64,000 nucleotides of DNA, from the NCBI RefSeq assembly GCF_006345805.1, contig NC_043000.1:148118001-148182000 (forward strand), read 5' to 3'. Of the stretch, positions 39,740-51,827 are shown piece by piece. This DNA comes from Octopus sinensis (taxonomy: Eukaryota). Within the stretch, counting starts at the first letter, position 1. Each line of letters starts with the position of its first letter. Made by a program: the position numbers and the translations under genes. The notes under the pieces were generated by a model. That model searched no databases, was not told the origin of the DNA, and saw only the letters and a list, made by a program, of their open reading frames with translations.

Positions 39740-40449
39740 CCTATTGTCTTTTTCATTTTCTGTTGTGAACCAAAGCCCATTTTTCATCACCCCTAACAAT
39801 GCACTGCAGAAACAACAGGTTGTTGTTCCTGGTTATAAAACTGCTTGGTGGAGCATTGTGTTTTGTTCACAAGCCTAAGCTCAAGAGGAACACAAATTCC
39901 CTCTTAGCATGTTTTCCCAATTTGCTTGAGATGTGTTTGTGGATAGTTGAACACGGCGCAGTAAACTTTTGTGCCAAGTCTCTAGTTCTTTGATGTGGAC
40001 CTGATGTGATAATCTCATTCAAAAGGTTGCCGTTCAGACTGGATCCTCTTCCAGAGTGAGGCTTGTCAGACATGTCACAATCGCCATCTTTAACCCTTTT
40101 GTTACCAACCCGACTGAAATCACCTCTGGCTCTGTAGTACAAATGTTTTATTTTCATAAATAAAGTTTTCAATTAAAGTCTTCCAAACCTTAGTCACAAT
40201 TTATGTTCTAAACACTAGCTGAATGATAACTAAATTGTTTTACTAACTTCTATGTTATATTTAGAATAACTGAAAGAAATACAGAGCATCTCAAAATAAA
40301 TATGGTAACAAAAGGGTCAAACTTTTTAAACCATATGCACAAGCTTTCACTGCATCCAGATACACTTCACAGATGTTTTCCATTGCTTCTGTGGCAGTAC
40401 TTTTCTTTTGAAACTCATACAGTATGCAATGGCAAATGTGTTATTTCAT
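39740..40449 (-). mobile_element. Degenerate mariner transposase relic (N-terminal HTH to GDEKW), split by a MITE
   Basis: Minus strand gives MK*HICHCILYEFQKKSTATEAMENICEVY, WFKK|FKDGDCDMSDKPHSGR, and IVRGDEKW (first D of DD34D). Confidence 0.85.
40090..40320. mobile_element. TTAA-flanked piggyBac-type MITE, family 2, nested in the mariner
   Basis: Perfect 14-bp terminal repeats CCCTTTTGTTACCA (40094-40107) and TGGTAACAAAAGGG (40303-40316); flanks TTAA and TCAA. Confidence 0.85.
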
Positions 40450-40666
40450 AAAGTTCTTGTTCTCCATAGGGTAAATCACTGAAATGACTATGAATTACAC
40501 ACTGCCAGATAGAAGAGATGATATACTATCTCTAGGTAGTTCTTGCCCGTTCAACCCTGGCTCTGAGATGATTGGTTGCTTCATATTTCATAGTGGTCAA
40601 AAATGCACAATTACTTTCAGGACACCCTAATGTGCGTATGGGTGTGTGTGCATGTGCATGCACGCA

Positions 40667-40703
<37 letters not shown>

Positions 40704-40949
40704 GATTATATATGTATATATATGTATGTATGTATGTATGTATACATATATGTATATATGTATGTATAAGTATATATGCATGTATGTTGAAAAAAATCAT
40801 TATAAATATAAATATACCATAAACAGTTATAGAAAAATGGAAGAGAGAAAGATGTTGAATCAAAATTAGATTTAACACAAAATAGGATTCAATATATACG
40901 TGCATTTCAAAGGACAATACAAATATGTAAGAAAATATTCCTTGCAAGG

Positions 40950-41470
40950 AATGAAGCCAGTATGCTCCACTTGATGTGTAATGTCAGTGTGCATACTCAA
41001 CAGAGTGTAAGTACCTTGAGAGAAAAGTTGGACCTAAGAAGCATCAGATGTGGTGTGCAAGATGGTCATGTGGTGCGAATGGATGAGGACAGCTGTGTGA
41101 AAAAGTGTCACACCCTAGCAGTTGAGGGAATCTGTGGAAGAGGTAGACACAGAAAGACCTGGGATGTGGTGGTGAAGCATGACCCTCGAACATTAGGCCT
41201 CACCGAGGCAATGACTAGTGACCAAGACCTTTGGAAATATGCTGTGCTTGAGAAGACTCGGCAAGCCAAGTGAGACCATAACCTCATGGCCAATGCCATG
41301 GCTGTAACCAGCCTACTTATGTGTACCTTTCCTTCATTGGACACTAAACTCTGCTTGCGAAGACCTTTTGAGGCAAGTGAAATCGAAATCAAATTCGATG
41401 ACTGGTATCAGTGCTAGTGGAGCGCTAAGAGCACCATCCAAGTGTGATCGTTGCCAGAGCAGCTAACAGG
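40950..41470 (+). mobile_element. RTE LINE C-terminus plus start of 3' UTR
   Basis: ORF 40962..41273 ends GRGRHRKTWD...YAVLEKTRQAK*. The UTR then runs into a family C-like unit (aagagcaccatcc...ggcttctgtgc). Confidence 0.85.
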
Positions 41471-41856
41471 CTTCTGTGCAGCATATATACATATATATGT
41501 GTATATATGCATGTATATATGTGTATATATGCATATATATATATGTATATATATATATATGTGTGTGTGTGTATGTGTGTGTGTATATATATGTGTGTGT
41601 ATGTGTGTGTATATATATATGTGTGTGTGTGTGTATATATATGTGTGTGTGTGTGTATGTGTATATATATTCTTTTGGTTTGCTAACCTTCAGTGGAGTG
41701 TCCAATGAAAGCTAGCTGGACAAAACTTCGAAGTTACTGTCAACATTAATCTTGTAAAAGAATAATAGGTATGTACTCTACAAAAGGTTTTGAGTAAATC
41801 TTCATTTTAATATAAAAGTGCTTTTATTATAACTCAACATAAAAACAAGCATTATG

Positions 41857-41887
<31 letters not shown>

Positions 41888-42169
41888 CCTATGTATCTTT
41901 GATTGTCAAGCGACTTTATACATGGCTGTGAGTTGAAAATATTTGCCATTTAAAAGAATGCATAACTTACAATCCCATTGGTTACACTTCTACATCAGAC
42001 AAAAGACTGTAAGGCTTAGAATAGTGTTTTTCTTCTCTTTTTATCCTTTTTTGCTTTTGTTTATTTTTGTCCTGAATGTTTTTTTGTGTGCCAGACAAAT
42101 AAATAATTCATTTATGCTGTGTTAATACAATAATTTTTGTATCTTTCAATGGCTGGCACAGTCTTTTCT

Positions 42170-42458
42170 GCTGATCTCACAGAGGCGATGACGATTGATT
42201 GAAATCTTTGTCGATTTGCTGTTCTTGAGAAGACTTCTCAGGCCAAGTGAAATCATAATTGTGGCTATTGCTAGTGACACATAAAAACACCCAGTACACT
42301 CTTGGAATGGTTGGCATTAGGAAGGGCATCCGGCCATAGAAACCATGCCAAATCAGACTTGAACCTGGTACAGTTCTCTAGCTTACTAATTCCAGTCAAG
42401 CCATCTAACCCATGCCAGTATGGAAAGTGGACAGTAAATTACAATGATGATGATATAT
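42170..42458 (+). mobile_element. RTE LINE extreme 3' end (ORF stop directly followed by family C core and tail)
   Basis: ctcacagaggcgatgac...cttgagaagacttctcaggccaagtga, then ggcattaggaagggcatcc and a degenerate tail. Confidence 0.75.
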
Positions 42459-42490
42459 ATGTGTGTGCCCACACATATGTGTAAATATGT

Positions 42491-42604
42491 AAAGCCTTTG
42501 ACAGGGTCCCCCGATCCTTTATCTGGTGGTCAATGAGGAAACTAGGAATAGATGAATGGTTAGTGAGAGCTGTGCATGCCCTGTACAGGGACGCTGTTAG
42601 TAAG
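42491..42604 (+). mobile_element. Isolated internal RTE RT fragment (114 nt, open frame)
   Basis: KAFDRVPRSFIWWSMRKLGIDEWLVRAVHALYRDAVSK; homologous to 56874-56985. Confidence 0.85.
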
Positions 42605-42789
42605 GAAAGTGGACAGTAAATTACAATGATGATGATATATCTAATAATATAGAAAATTACGATAATTAGATCATTACATAAACAATGATATTTACATAAG
42701 GAAAATATTATTACACTAAAGACTTATAAAATATTAAAATTTACAATTTAAAGATCTTAAATATAAATAAATACTTATCTTAGCGAGGT

Positions 42790-43042
42790 TTTGTGTCGGT
42801 GGCACATAAAAAGCACCATCCGATCGTGGCCGTTCGCCAGCCTCGTCTGGCACCTGTGTCGGTGGCACATAAAAAGCACCCACTACACTCACGGAGTGGT
42901 TGGCGTTAGGAAGGGCATCCAGCTGTAGAAACACTGCCAGATCTGACTGGCCTGGTGCAGCCTTCGGGCTTCCCAGACGCCAGTTGAACCGTCCAACCCA
43001 TGCTAGCATGGAAAGCGGACGTTAAACGATGATGATGATGAT
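42790..43042 (+). mobile_element. Family C RTE 3' UTR remnant
   Basis: Core plus (GAT)n tail. Confidence 0.82.
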
Positions 43043-43149
43043 ATATAATGTGATTGGAAGAGTAAAGTAATATTGCTTGGAGAATGGAGTGTCTGTCTAC
43101 ATTTTGTTTTATCTTACATGGGATTTCATTTTTTTCCTCTTGCTGGATT

Positions 43150-44328
43150 TGGAGTTCTCGGATTAATGCCATTAATGTTTCTCTTGACTCATTGTAAATT
43201 GAGCACCATTAGAAAAGACACAGGCAGAGAAGGAGTTCCAGCTGGCCAGTTTTCTGGGAAAGAAACACATGGCATAGTGATTAGCGTGAGACCTAGGATT
43301 TGGACATAACAAGATTGACAAGAAGAGGAGAGATGAATGGATTGGGTATTACTAAGTGGAAGTGGAATGAGCCCAGCCAGCGCTGAGGAGTAGAGACCAC
43401 AATACTACTAGCAGAAAAGGCAGAGAGGAAAGAGCATGTCTGAGCTAGAGGCTGGAGCATATCTATGAAAGCCTTTATATCAGTCCTTGGTTGGTCCTTT
43501 TCTGAATGTCTGTATGTGTAATTGCAGCACTATCCCTGATATGAGAGCAATACACTACAGTGGGTCTTACCTAAATTTTGATGAGTATCAATAATTGTTG
43601 AGGTTGGGGTATATTTTAGCCCTGAAAAGAAGAGTCAGTCATTGGGATATGGTTCTAGTTAAGGATGTGCGTTCACCAACAGTGATTTTCAGTGATACTA
43701 AGACCCAACATTTGTGGCAAGTGTAAGAGCTCTAGTAGTGTGGTGCAATGGTGTTTTCTTACATGAGTAGCATTGGTGTTTTCTGGCTGTTGAAAGAGAC
43801 AAGCTTGACATATCCCAATTAATAGATGCTTTTGATGTCTTTTTCCATGAAATTGGTGTGGTTTTTTTTTGTATGTGGTATTTAGGTTGCATGCCGATAA
43901 TGCTTAATTTGGGAGGGCCCAGCGAGAATGAAAGGTGGTACCATTGGTGTAAGAAGAAGCATTGTTGGGTGTGCCTGCAAGAAAGTCATTAAAGAGAGAT
44001 AGTGGAAGACAAAACCAGACTCTGGGTTGCATTGAAGTTGGTAGGAGGAACTGAAAAAGCTCCATTAACACACTGCGATAGTGCAATCTGTGAGGGAGCT
44101 ACCAATCCAAGAGATGAGAAATTGGTGGAGACTTAGGTTGTCAGTTTTGATTGGAAATTTTCATGCTAAATATGATTGAAAGTTTTGCTGATATTAAGGG
44201 CAACAACATTGCTTTCACCATATTTCTGCAAGGTGAGAGTCCACTGGTGGATGACAGAACAATAGGCCATCAGTGGATATAACTTTCTGAAATTGGTCTG
44301 ATGGTTGTTAAGGAGAAAGATTCAAGAA

Positions 44329-44330
<2 letters not shown>
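43150..44330 (-). mobile_element. Degenerate CR1/L2/Jockey-group LINE RT and C-terminal fragment
   Basis: Minus strand gives ESNVVALNISKTFNHI*HEN (DISKAFDRVWH-like) and, towards the 3' end, a SFxP...WN.LP...NLQ*VKRNIN-like terminus. Heavily frameshifted. Confidence 0.65.
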
Positions 44331-44359
<29 letters not shown>

Positions 44360-44517
44360 ATATCATCATTATTTTACTTCAGCTTTCCATGATGGCATGA
44401 GCTGGATGAATCATTAGTAACCAAGTCAGTTCTTATCCAGAGTTATTGCCCTCATAAGAGGGTTGGAGAACCATGTCTCACTTATCCATTTTATTTTGGC
44501 ATGGTCTCTACAGTTAG

Positions 44518-45130
44518 ATGCATTTGTTGTTGTGCTCCAGCCGTTTCATAAAGGTCCCATGGAAGACCTCCAAAGTGAAGGTGTCCAGGACCCTTGTCAC
44601 AACCCCATTCATTTTAACAACAACTGTCCCTGAGGTTCTCCTTCAGCTTGTGGAACAACCAAAAGTCTGGACTGTAGGGCAGGTGAGAGACAATTTTGAT
44701 GCCCACCTCTGTCAAATAGCTGGTTGTCAGGATGCTCACCTTAGGAACAAACTTTGTGCTTATTCAAATTTTCATGAATAATTCTGTGAACAATTGACAC
44801 ATCAACTCCAAACTGTATACTTATTATCATTGTAGACACACAACAGTCTTCATCCAGAAAATTGCTAATTTTCTTAACCAGCTCTGATGTTCTGACATTC
44901 CTCTCTACCATTCTTGGACTTCTTGTGCCAGTGTAAAAGTTAATCCATTAGCAGTCTGGAGTATTTCATAAGTTTTTGTAGCATTTTTTCCCCAGTTTAA
45001 CAAAACTTTATTGCAGTTCCGACTGCAGTCTGAAAACTAGTTAACTGTGACAAGCAGTGTTTAATAGGGTGTATTCAAAATGCTATTACAGCCATATCCT
45101 TCTGTCTCGAATAATAGAAGTTGGTAGGTA
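44518..45130 (-). mobile_element. Internally deleted mariner element
   Basis: Minus strand gives TSELVKKISNFLDED...IVHRIIHENL (HTH) joined to HLPYSPD.FWLFHKLKE (YSPDL motif) and VLDTFTLEVFHGTFMKRLEHNNKCI (mariner C-terminus). The central catalytic region is missing. Confidence 0.78.
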
Positions 45131-45663
45131 GCTTATTATATGTATAGTAATGATATACTAAAATTACAATAACCAAAAACAGATATGATTGCTTCTCCTA
45201 AAAAAAAAAACAGCCTCAAAACTTCTGGAATGTTCCTTGTACACTGGCACCAGTCTATGAGAGGTGACTTGGTACATGACTATTTGTGTAATCCTGTCAG
45301 CTTGGAAAGCAAACATAAAATGAAGATGAGGATGTAAAGTGTAAGTGAATTGATAAATCTGTTGAGCATTAATGGCATCAGTTGAAATGGAAAAGATAAT
45401 AAATTTTTATGGTATGGATATGTAATGTGTATGATTATGCTATCTGCTGGGTGAAAATGTACCTTGAGCTGATAGTGAAAAATACATCAAAAGGAAGAAT
45501 TGAAGTTATCTCAGTGTTGTGTCACTACAAATGAGACAGTAGGGTCAAGAAGAATACTGGTATTCGGTGCAGCATGCCAAATATTAAATTGGTAAGTAGA
45601 GGTTAAAACAATGATGATGATGATGATAGATGAAGTACTTATATTTTTAATTTCTTGTTTCAG

Positions 45664-45759
45664 TCTTTTGAATTGCACTGGATGGATTACATAACTTCTT
45701 TGAATGACCATGTCCAAGAGCCAATTATCATACATTTGAATAAATTTCCAGAGTTAAGA
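45664..45759 (+). CDS. Amph: Amphiphysin/BIN1 coding exon (96 nt; SFELHWMDYITSLNDHVQEPIIIHLNKFPELR)
   Basis: Acceptor tttcttgtttcag, donor AGA|gtaagt. WMDY...FP motif matches LLWMDYHQKL...QFPDIK of BIN1 (recalled). Confidence 0.95.
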
Positions 45760-45932
45760 GTAAGTTAAATTTTCGAAATTATTATTATTAATTCTTTGTC
45801 TTTCCCAAGTATGACATCCATAATGTATGATTCACATTCCTAATTTTTTCAAGTAATTTGGGGCCTATGAAAGAAAAGCTTTAAGCTATTCAAAATATAT
45901 AAAACAAGGGTTAACTAAAAGTCTGAAAACAA

Positions 45933-46354
45933 GGCGCAGGAGTGGCTGTGTGGTAAGTAGCTTGCTAACCAACCACATGGTTCCGGGTTCAGTCCCACTG
46001 TGTGGCATCTTGGGCAAGTGTCTTCTGCTATAGCCCCGGGCCAACCAATGCCTTGTGAGTGGATTTGGTAGACGGAAACTGAAAGAAGCCTGTCGTATAT
46101 ATGTATATATATATAAGTGTGTGTGTGTATGTTTGTGCGTCTGTGTTTGTCCCCCTAGCATTGCTTGACAACTGATGCTGGTGTGTTTACGTCCCCGTCA
46201 CTTAGCGGTTCGGCAAAAGAGACCGATAGAATAAGTACTGGGCTTACAAAGAATAAGTCCCGGGGTCGATTTGCTCGACTAAAGGCGGTGCTCCAACATG
46301 GCTGCAGTCAAATGACTGAAACAAGTAAAAGAGTAAAAGAGAGTAAGGAGTAAG
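45933..46354 (+). mobile_element. SINE family A, full length, 173 bp after the exon ending at 45759
   Basis: Matches the family A pattern end to end. Confidence 0.9.
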
Positions 46355-47453
46355 TATAGATGTTCAGAACGAACTCGTGAAAATACTTTGGACAGGCAAA
46401 GCATTAAATATACCACAAAGTCAGTTGTGATTTAGTAATTTCTCTGTATGGTACTATGCCACTAGTTTATACAAAGTACCAGCTTGTATGATGATGAGTT
46501 ATATTAGAATTAATGTAATTTTGTTTTTGTTACAACTCATAATTGAAGATTGTTATATGTTAAAAATTCCTAGATAGGAATTCTACAGCTGGGAACTCAT
46601 ATTGTTATTTCTTTTTTAAAAAAGCAATTCATTTCATGGCTGGAAAAGTATTCATTTCATTCTTTTCAAAAATAAATTTATTGCTGCTTTATTCTAATTA
46701 CTATATTGTTAGTATAATGAAGTAATGAGGCCGGTTACTTGTTAAATACCTTATTTTTGTTTGGAAACAATGTATATACACTGATTTGTAAAAAAATTTT
46801 GTATTGCATTTTGTGAATAATAACATTGTTGGTTATGCATTTCCAAATGGTCAGTTACTTATTCACTGCATTTATAATGGTGTCTGTGTAGTTTGGCAAA
46901 TCAAATATCACATGGGAGTTTTGCTTCAAAGAACTGTCCTTTTTTGTGTGTGTGGGTGGTGGGGGAGGGTGTTTCCTTATTGATATCTACATTTCTCTCA
47001 ATATTCACCATCAAAAGATACACCTAATTATCATCATTTAAATTTCACTTTTCCAAGCTTGCATGAGTCAGAGGGAGTCTATTTAAGGTAAATTCTCATA
47101 GTCGTCAACCCTCACTTCTTTCCAAGTAAGTTGATATTTCCCCATGCCTAGACATATTTTCTACAGAAAACTGGAAGCAAACAACATGGCTTTTATGACA
47201 GTGAGGCTCATCTACAACCATCACATACTGTCAAAACAAGGTTACATGCACACACACACACACATATCACAAGCTTCTTTCAGTTTTCGTCTACCAAATC
47301 TACTCATAATGCTTTGGTCAGCTTGGGCTATAGTAGAAGACACTTGCCCAAAGTGCTATGGCATGGGACTGAACCTGAGACCACATAGCTGGGAAGCAAG
47401 CTTCTCAACCTCATAACCATGCTTGTGCATACATATATACATATAATATAATG

Positions 47454-47872
47454 TAAGGCAGTGAGCTGGCAGAAACGTTAGCACGCCGGGCGAAATGCGT
47501 AGCCGTATTTCGTCTGTCGTTACGTTCCGAGTTCAAATTCCGCCGAGGTCGACTTTGCCTTCTCATCCTTTCAGGGTCGATAAATTAAGTACCAGTTACG
47601 CACTGGGGTCGATGTAATCGACCTAATCCCTTTGTCTGTCGTTGTTTGTCTTCTCTGTGTTTAGCCCCTTGTGGGTAGTAAAGAAACAGGTATTTCGTCT
47701 GTCTTTACGTTCTGAGTTCAAATTCTGCCGAGGTCGACTTTGCCTTTTCATCCTTTCGGGGTCGATAAATTAAGTACCAGTTAGGCACTGGGGTCGATGT
47801 AATCAACTTAATCCCTTTGTCTGTCGTTGTTTGTCTCCTCTGTGTTTAGCCCCTTGTGGGTAGTAAAGAAAT
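47454..47872 (+). mobile_element. SINE family B tandem dimer
   Basis: Head taaggcagtgagctggcagaaacgttagc, body and tail, then a second body from aggtatttcgtctg (about 47688). Confidence 0.85.
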
Positions 47873-47881
47873 ATATATATA

Positions 47882-47919
<38 letters not shown>

Positions 47920-48230
47920 TAATGGTTTTTTGCACAACTTCATCTTTGAAATTGCATTCACAAAGCATTGGTTAGTTTGAGACTTTGATAGAAAAATCAT
48001 TTACCGAAGCTGCAGTTTTGTGGGATCAAACTCAGAACGAAATGGTTGTAAAGCAAATTTCTTAGCTTCATATTGTCATAGCCATGCTTCCTTATTATAG
48101 TTTTAATCTAGATATCTTCCCCTTTAATTTGAATGTTTGTTTAATCTCCATCACTATATTCATAATAATCTTCCTTGTTTTTTCACCTTTACTGCTATCC
48201 TCATCACCATGTATTTTCTACTCCTTTCAG

Positions 48231-48338
48231 ATGAAAATCAATAAAAGAGGAAGAAAGCTTGTTGATTTGGATAACACGAGGCATACACTAGAAAACATGA
48301 TTGGACAGAAAAAAAGAGATGAAGCAAAAATTGCAAAA
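48231..48338 (+). CDS. Amph: Amphiphysin/BIN1 coding exon (108 nt; MKINKRGRKLVDLDNTRHTLENMIGQKKRDEAKIAK)
   Basis: Acceptor ctcctttcag, donor AAA|gtaaga. KRGRKLVD..D..RH and KK.DEAKIAK are amphiphysin signatures. Visible inside ORF 48084..48497. Confidence 0.96.
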
Positions 48339-48744
48339 GTAAGAATAACATATTTCATTATTTTTACTAAAGTTCAGATATTTTATTCTATTACTTTTAT
48401 TTGTGGTAAAATGACAAATTTATTTTACATGTTTATTTTGCTGGTTTCAGATATTTACTGTGTGTTTAGTGTGTATGTATGCATACTTGGGCATTGATGT
48501 GTATAATATTAATTTAATATATATGTTATATATATCATTATCATCATCACTTATTGTCAGTTTTCCATGCTTGCATGGTTTGGATGGTTTGACATCAGAG
48601 AGCTGCCCTGGTTCCAATGTATTTTTCACATGGGTTCTATGGCTAGATGCCTTTTCTAATGCCAACCATTTTACAAAATGTACTGAGTTTCCGTTACATA
48701 GCACCAGTACAGCCACTTTTTAAATGGTACTGGTGCAGGTGCTT

Positions 48745-49212
48745 TTTATGTGGCACCGGCACAGGTACCTTTTATGTGGCACCAGCACAGGGACCTTTTA
48801 TGTGGCACCAGCACAGGGACCTTTTATGTGGCACCAGCACAGGGACCTTTTATGTGGCACCGGCACAGGTACCTTTTATGTGACACCGGCACAGGGACCT
48901 TTTATGTGGCACCAGCACAGGGACCTTTTATGTGACACCAGCGCAGGGACCTTTTATGTGGCACCAGCACAGGTACCTTTTATGTGGCACCGGCACAGGG
49001 ACCTTTTATGTGGCACCAGCACAGGGACCTTTTATGTGGCACCGGCACAGGTACCTTTTATGTGGCACCGGCACAGGGACCTTTTATGTGGCACCAGCAC
49101 AGGGACCTTTTATGTGGCACCGGCACAGGGACCTTTTATGTGGCACCAGCACAGGTACCTTTTATGTGGCACCAGCACAGGGACCTTTTATGTGGCACCA
49201 GCACAGGGACCT
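48745..49212. repeat. 26-bp minisatellite, 18 near-identical units plus a degenerate continuation to about 49710, inside a minus-strand family C element (48537-49712)
   Basis: Unit tttatgtggcacc(a/g)gcacagg(g/t)acct; exact 26-bp phase seen at 48771, 48901, 49031 and 49161. Confidence 0.92.
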
Positions 49213-51827
49213 TTTATGTGGCACTAGCATAGGTGATTTTTACATGGCATTGGGATTGACGCTTTTTATGTGGCACCAGCATAGGTGATTTCTATGTGGC
49301 GCTGGCATGAGTACTTTTTATGAAGCACTAGCATGAATGGTTTTCACATGGTACCGGCATGGGTGTTTTTTACTTGGCACCAGCACAGGTGCTATTTATG
49401 TGTCACTGGCACAAGTGCCTTTTCTGTGAGACCGGCACAGGTGCCTTTTCTGTGTGACCGGCATGGGTGCCTTTTCTATGTCACCAGTGCAGGTGCTTTA
49501 TCTGTGTCATCAGCATGGGTGCTTCTTACTTGGCACCAGCGTGGGTGCTCTTTCAAGGCATCAGTACAGGTGCTTTTCATGGCCCTAATACGAGTGCTTT
49601 TATGTGGCCCTAATACAGGTGCTTTTATGCAGCCCTAACACGGGAGCTTTTTACATGGCACTGGCATGTGTTTTACATGTCTCCTGTGCAGGTGCTTTTT
49701 ATGTGGCACCAGCTCATATATATATATAGTTTCAAAAGTTCAAAAGTACTTACAAGGTCAGAAATGGTCTTATACAGTGCAAATGTACGTACTAGATAGT
49801 TTGTATCAAACGTACGTAGAATATTACAGTAAAACTGACTGTGAATGATGTATGTAGACGTACTGATATGGCTATTTGAAATAAGTTAAAATATATCTGT
49901 GTGTGGCCTTAAAGTGTACAAACATTATTGGATTCAAATTAAATTTTCATGATGATGATGATGATACAAATTCATACAAGTATTTCAATAGATTGTCATG
50001 CTTCAACTACAGTGTTTTTTTTTGGTTTTTTTACCATTGTTCCTAATACATGAAGGTTGGACTCAAGTGTCAGTCCAACATTTATCAACATGTAGACACT
50101 TCAGATCTGGATGACAGGCTGTCCATTATTTCTTTGGCTGTCTCTAAAGATAAGTGCTATCCACCTCAGAATAGAGGAACTTCTTAGGTCATCAATACTA
50201 AATGTTTATAAGTACAGTGTAACTACCAGCTGTGTCACCAATGAGGTCACTTAACCAATTAAAAACAGCAGCAGTTAATTTGTCCTCAAATCATACCTTA
50301 GTATCTTAAAAAGGAAGAACATATTGACAAGGTAGTTCTAGTTATACAAAAAGACATGATCACAGCTGGAGCACTATTGATTTTTGATCTTTTTGGTCAA
50401 GGCTGATCTGGCACTGAATGACAACAGTAACCAGTGCTTCCTCGTAGAACAGTCCAAGTCAACATAGCTATTTTAACCTGTCAACTTTGGATTGGACAGA
50501 CCAAATTTATACTTATTGTTTATGATTTTGTTTTTTCTCACATTTAAGTAAAAAAATTTTGATTGAAAACCATTTTTCTACACTTAGAAGCTCCAAAGGG
50601 CCTAAATTCTAGTGACAGTATTTATGACAAAGATGAACAACACTGACGAAACTTAATATTGATGTTTGATGTACACTAACTCATCATACACAGAGTGAAA
50701 TTCCTTATTCACAATAATTTAAGTCTTTACATCTCCATTTGTATTTCACTATTTGCATAGTTGTTACTGTCTTTTCTTGTTTTTTTCGTAGCTCAGTTTG
50801 TATCTGCAGGATTCTGTTCAAATGTCTTCTCACTTTAAAAACAAGTTTCAACAAAAAATTGAACTATATAACCATTGACATCAGTCTAGGATGTAGGTAT
50901 ATTTTCCAGAAATCTCCCTTCTGTATCTGATCCAGCCAACTAGTGAATCACTAGTTGCTACACAAGAATATTAAAAGTTCCCTTGACTGAGTGACACTTT
51001 ATATCCTGACATCCCATCTCCCATTGCATAAAATATCTGTTGCAGTAAAACTGTGCAGAAATTTCCTGATGGCTCTTTCTCATGGCTAGGTTAACACAGT
51101 CATGTGAAGAAAACATCTTGACCTGGTACATTATTAAATGTGTTACACTTAAAGGTATCTGATATTATTTCATAAATGCATATGTTCATTCTTGTGTTTG
51201 TGTATAATGTATGTTAGGATATAACATACATTATGCTCGAACACAAGATTGTATGTTAAGATCTGCGATTCTTAACTACAAATCTTGTTTTTGGAGATAC
51301 ACAAAAGATAGAATATTTATTTTGGTCCCTTTGTTTCCTCTTTGCTGAAAATGTGTTGCCAGTCTGTCTAAACGAAAAGAAAGTATTTTAAAACTTGATT
51401 TTAATTTAGGTATATTTATATCTGCTTGAATCCATATAGCTGAAAATATCTATCGTTTTTACTTCATAAATGTGGAATAATCTCAGGTTGTAAAATATTT
51501 GCTTGAACATCTTACGCAAATATATCCAAGCTGTCTAATTTATGATATTATGAAAAACTAGTGCAAAATTGACATTAGCCAACAAGCAAAGGACTAAAAT
51601 CTGCTTTATGAAAGTAAATGTGCTCAACAGAGCATCCAACTGTAGAAAAAAAAATTAATTTAATCCAAGAGACTATATGTGAATATTTAGGTATTCATCC
51701 ATGTATTAGAATGCTTGGGGGAAAGAATGTGATACGTTTTCTTCCCACCTCAACCTCTTCATTATACAACTGCTATTTATATTTTTATTATTTTTCAGTA
51801 GTTTTATTGTAGTTTTACACTTTCACT

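Noticed and set aside
48231-48233. ATG at the first codon of an exon, possible alternative start
   Set aside because: It is simply the first in-frame codon after a canonical acceptor in the middle of the BAR domain.
48745-49212. Regular 26-bp repeats resembling a CRISPR array
   Set aside because: The units are contiguous with no unique spacers, there are no cas genes, and the context is a eukaryotic intron.
50937-50957. 10-bp palindrome CAACTAGTGA-a-TCACTAGTTG
   Set aside because: Too short and isolated to distinguish from chance or local slippage.
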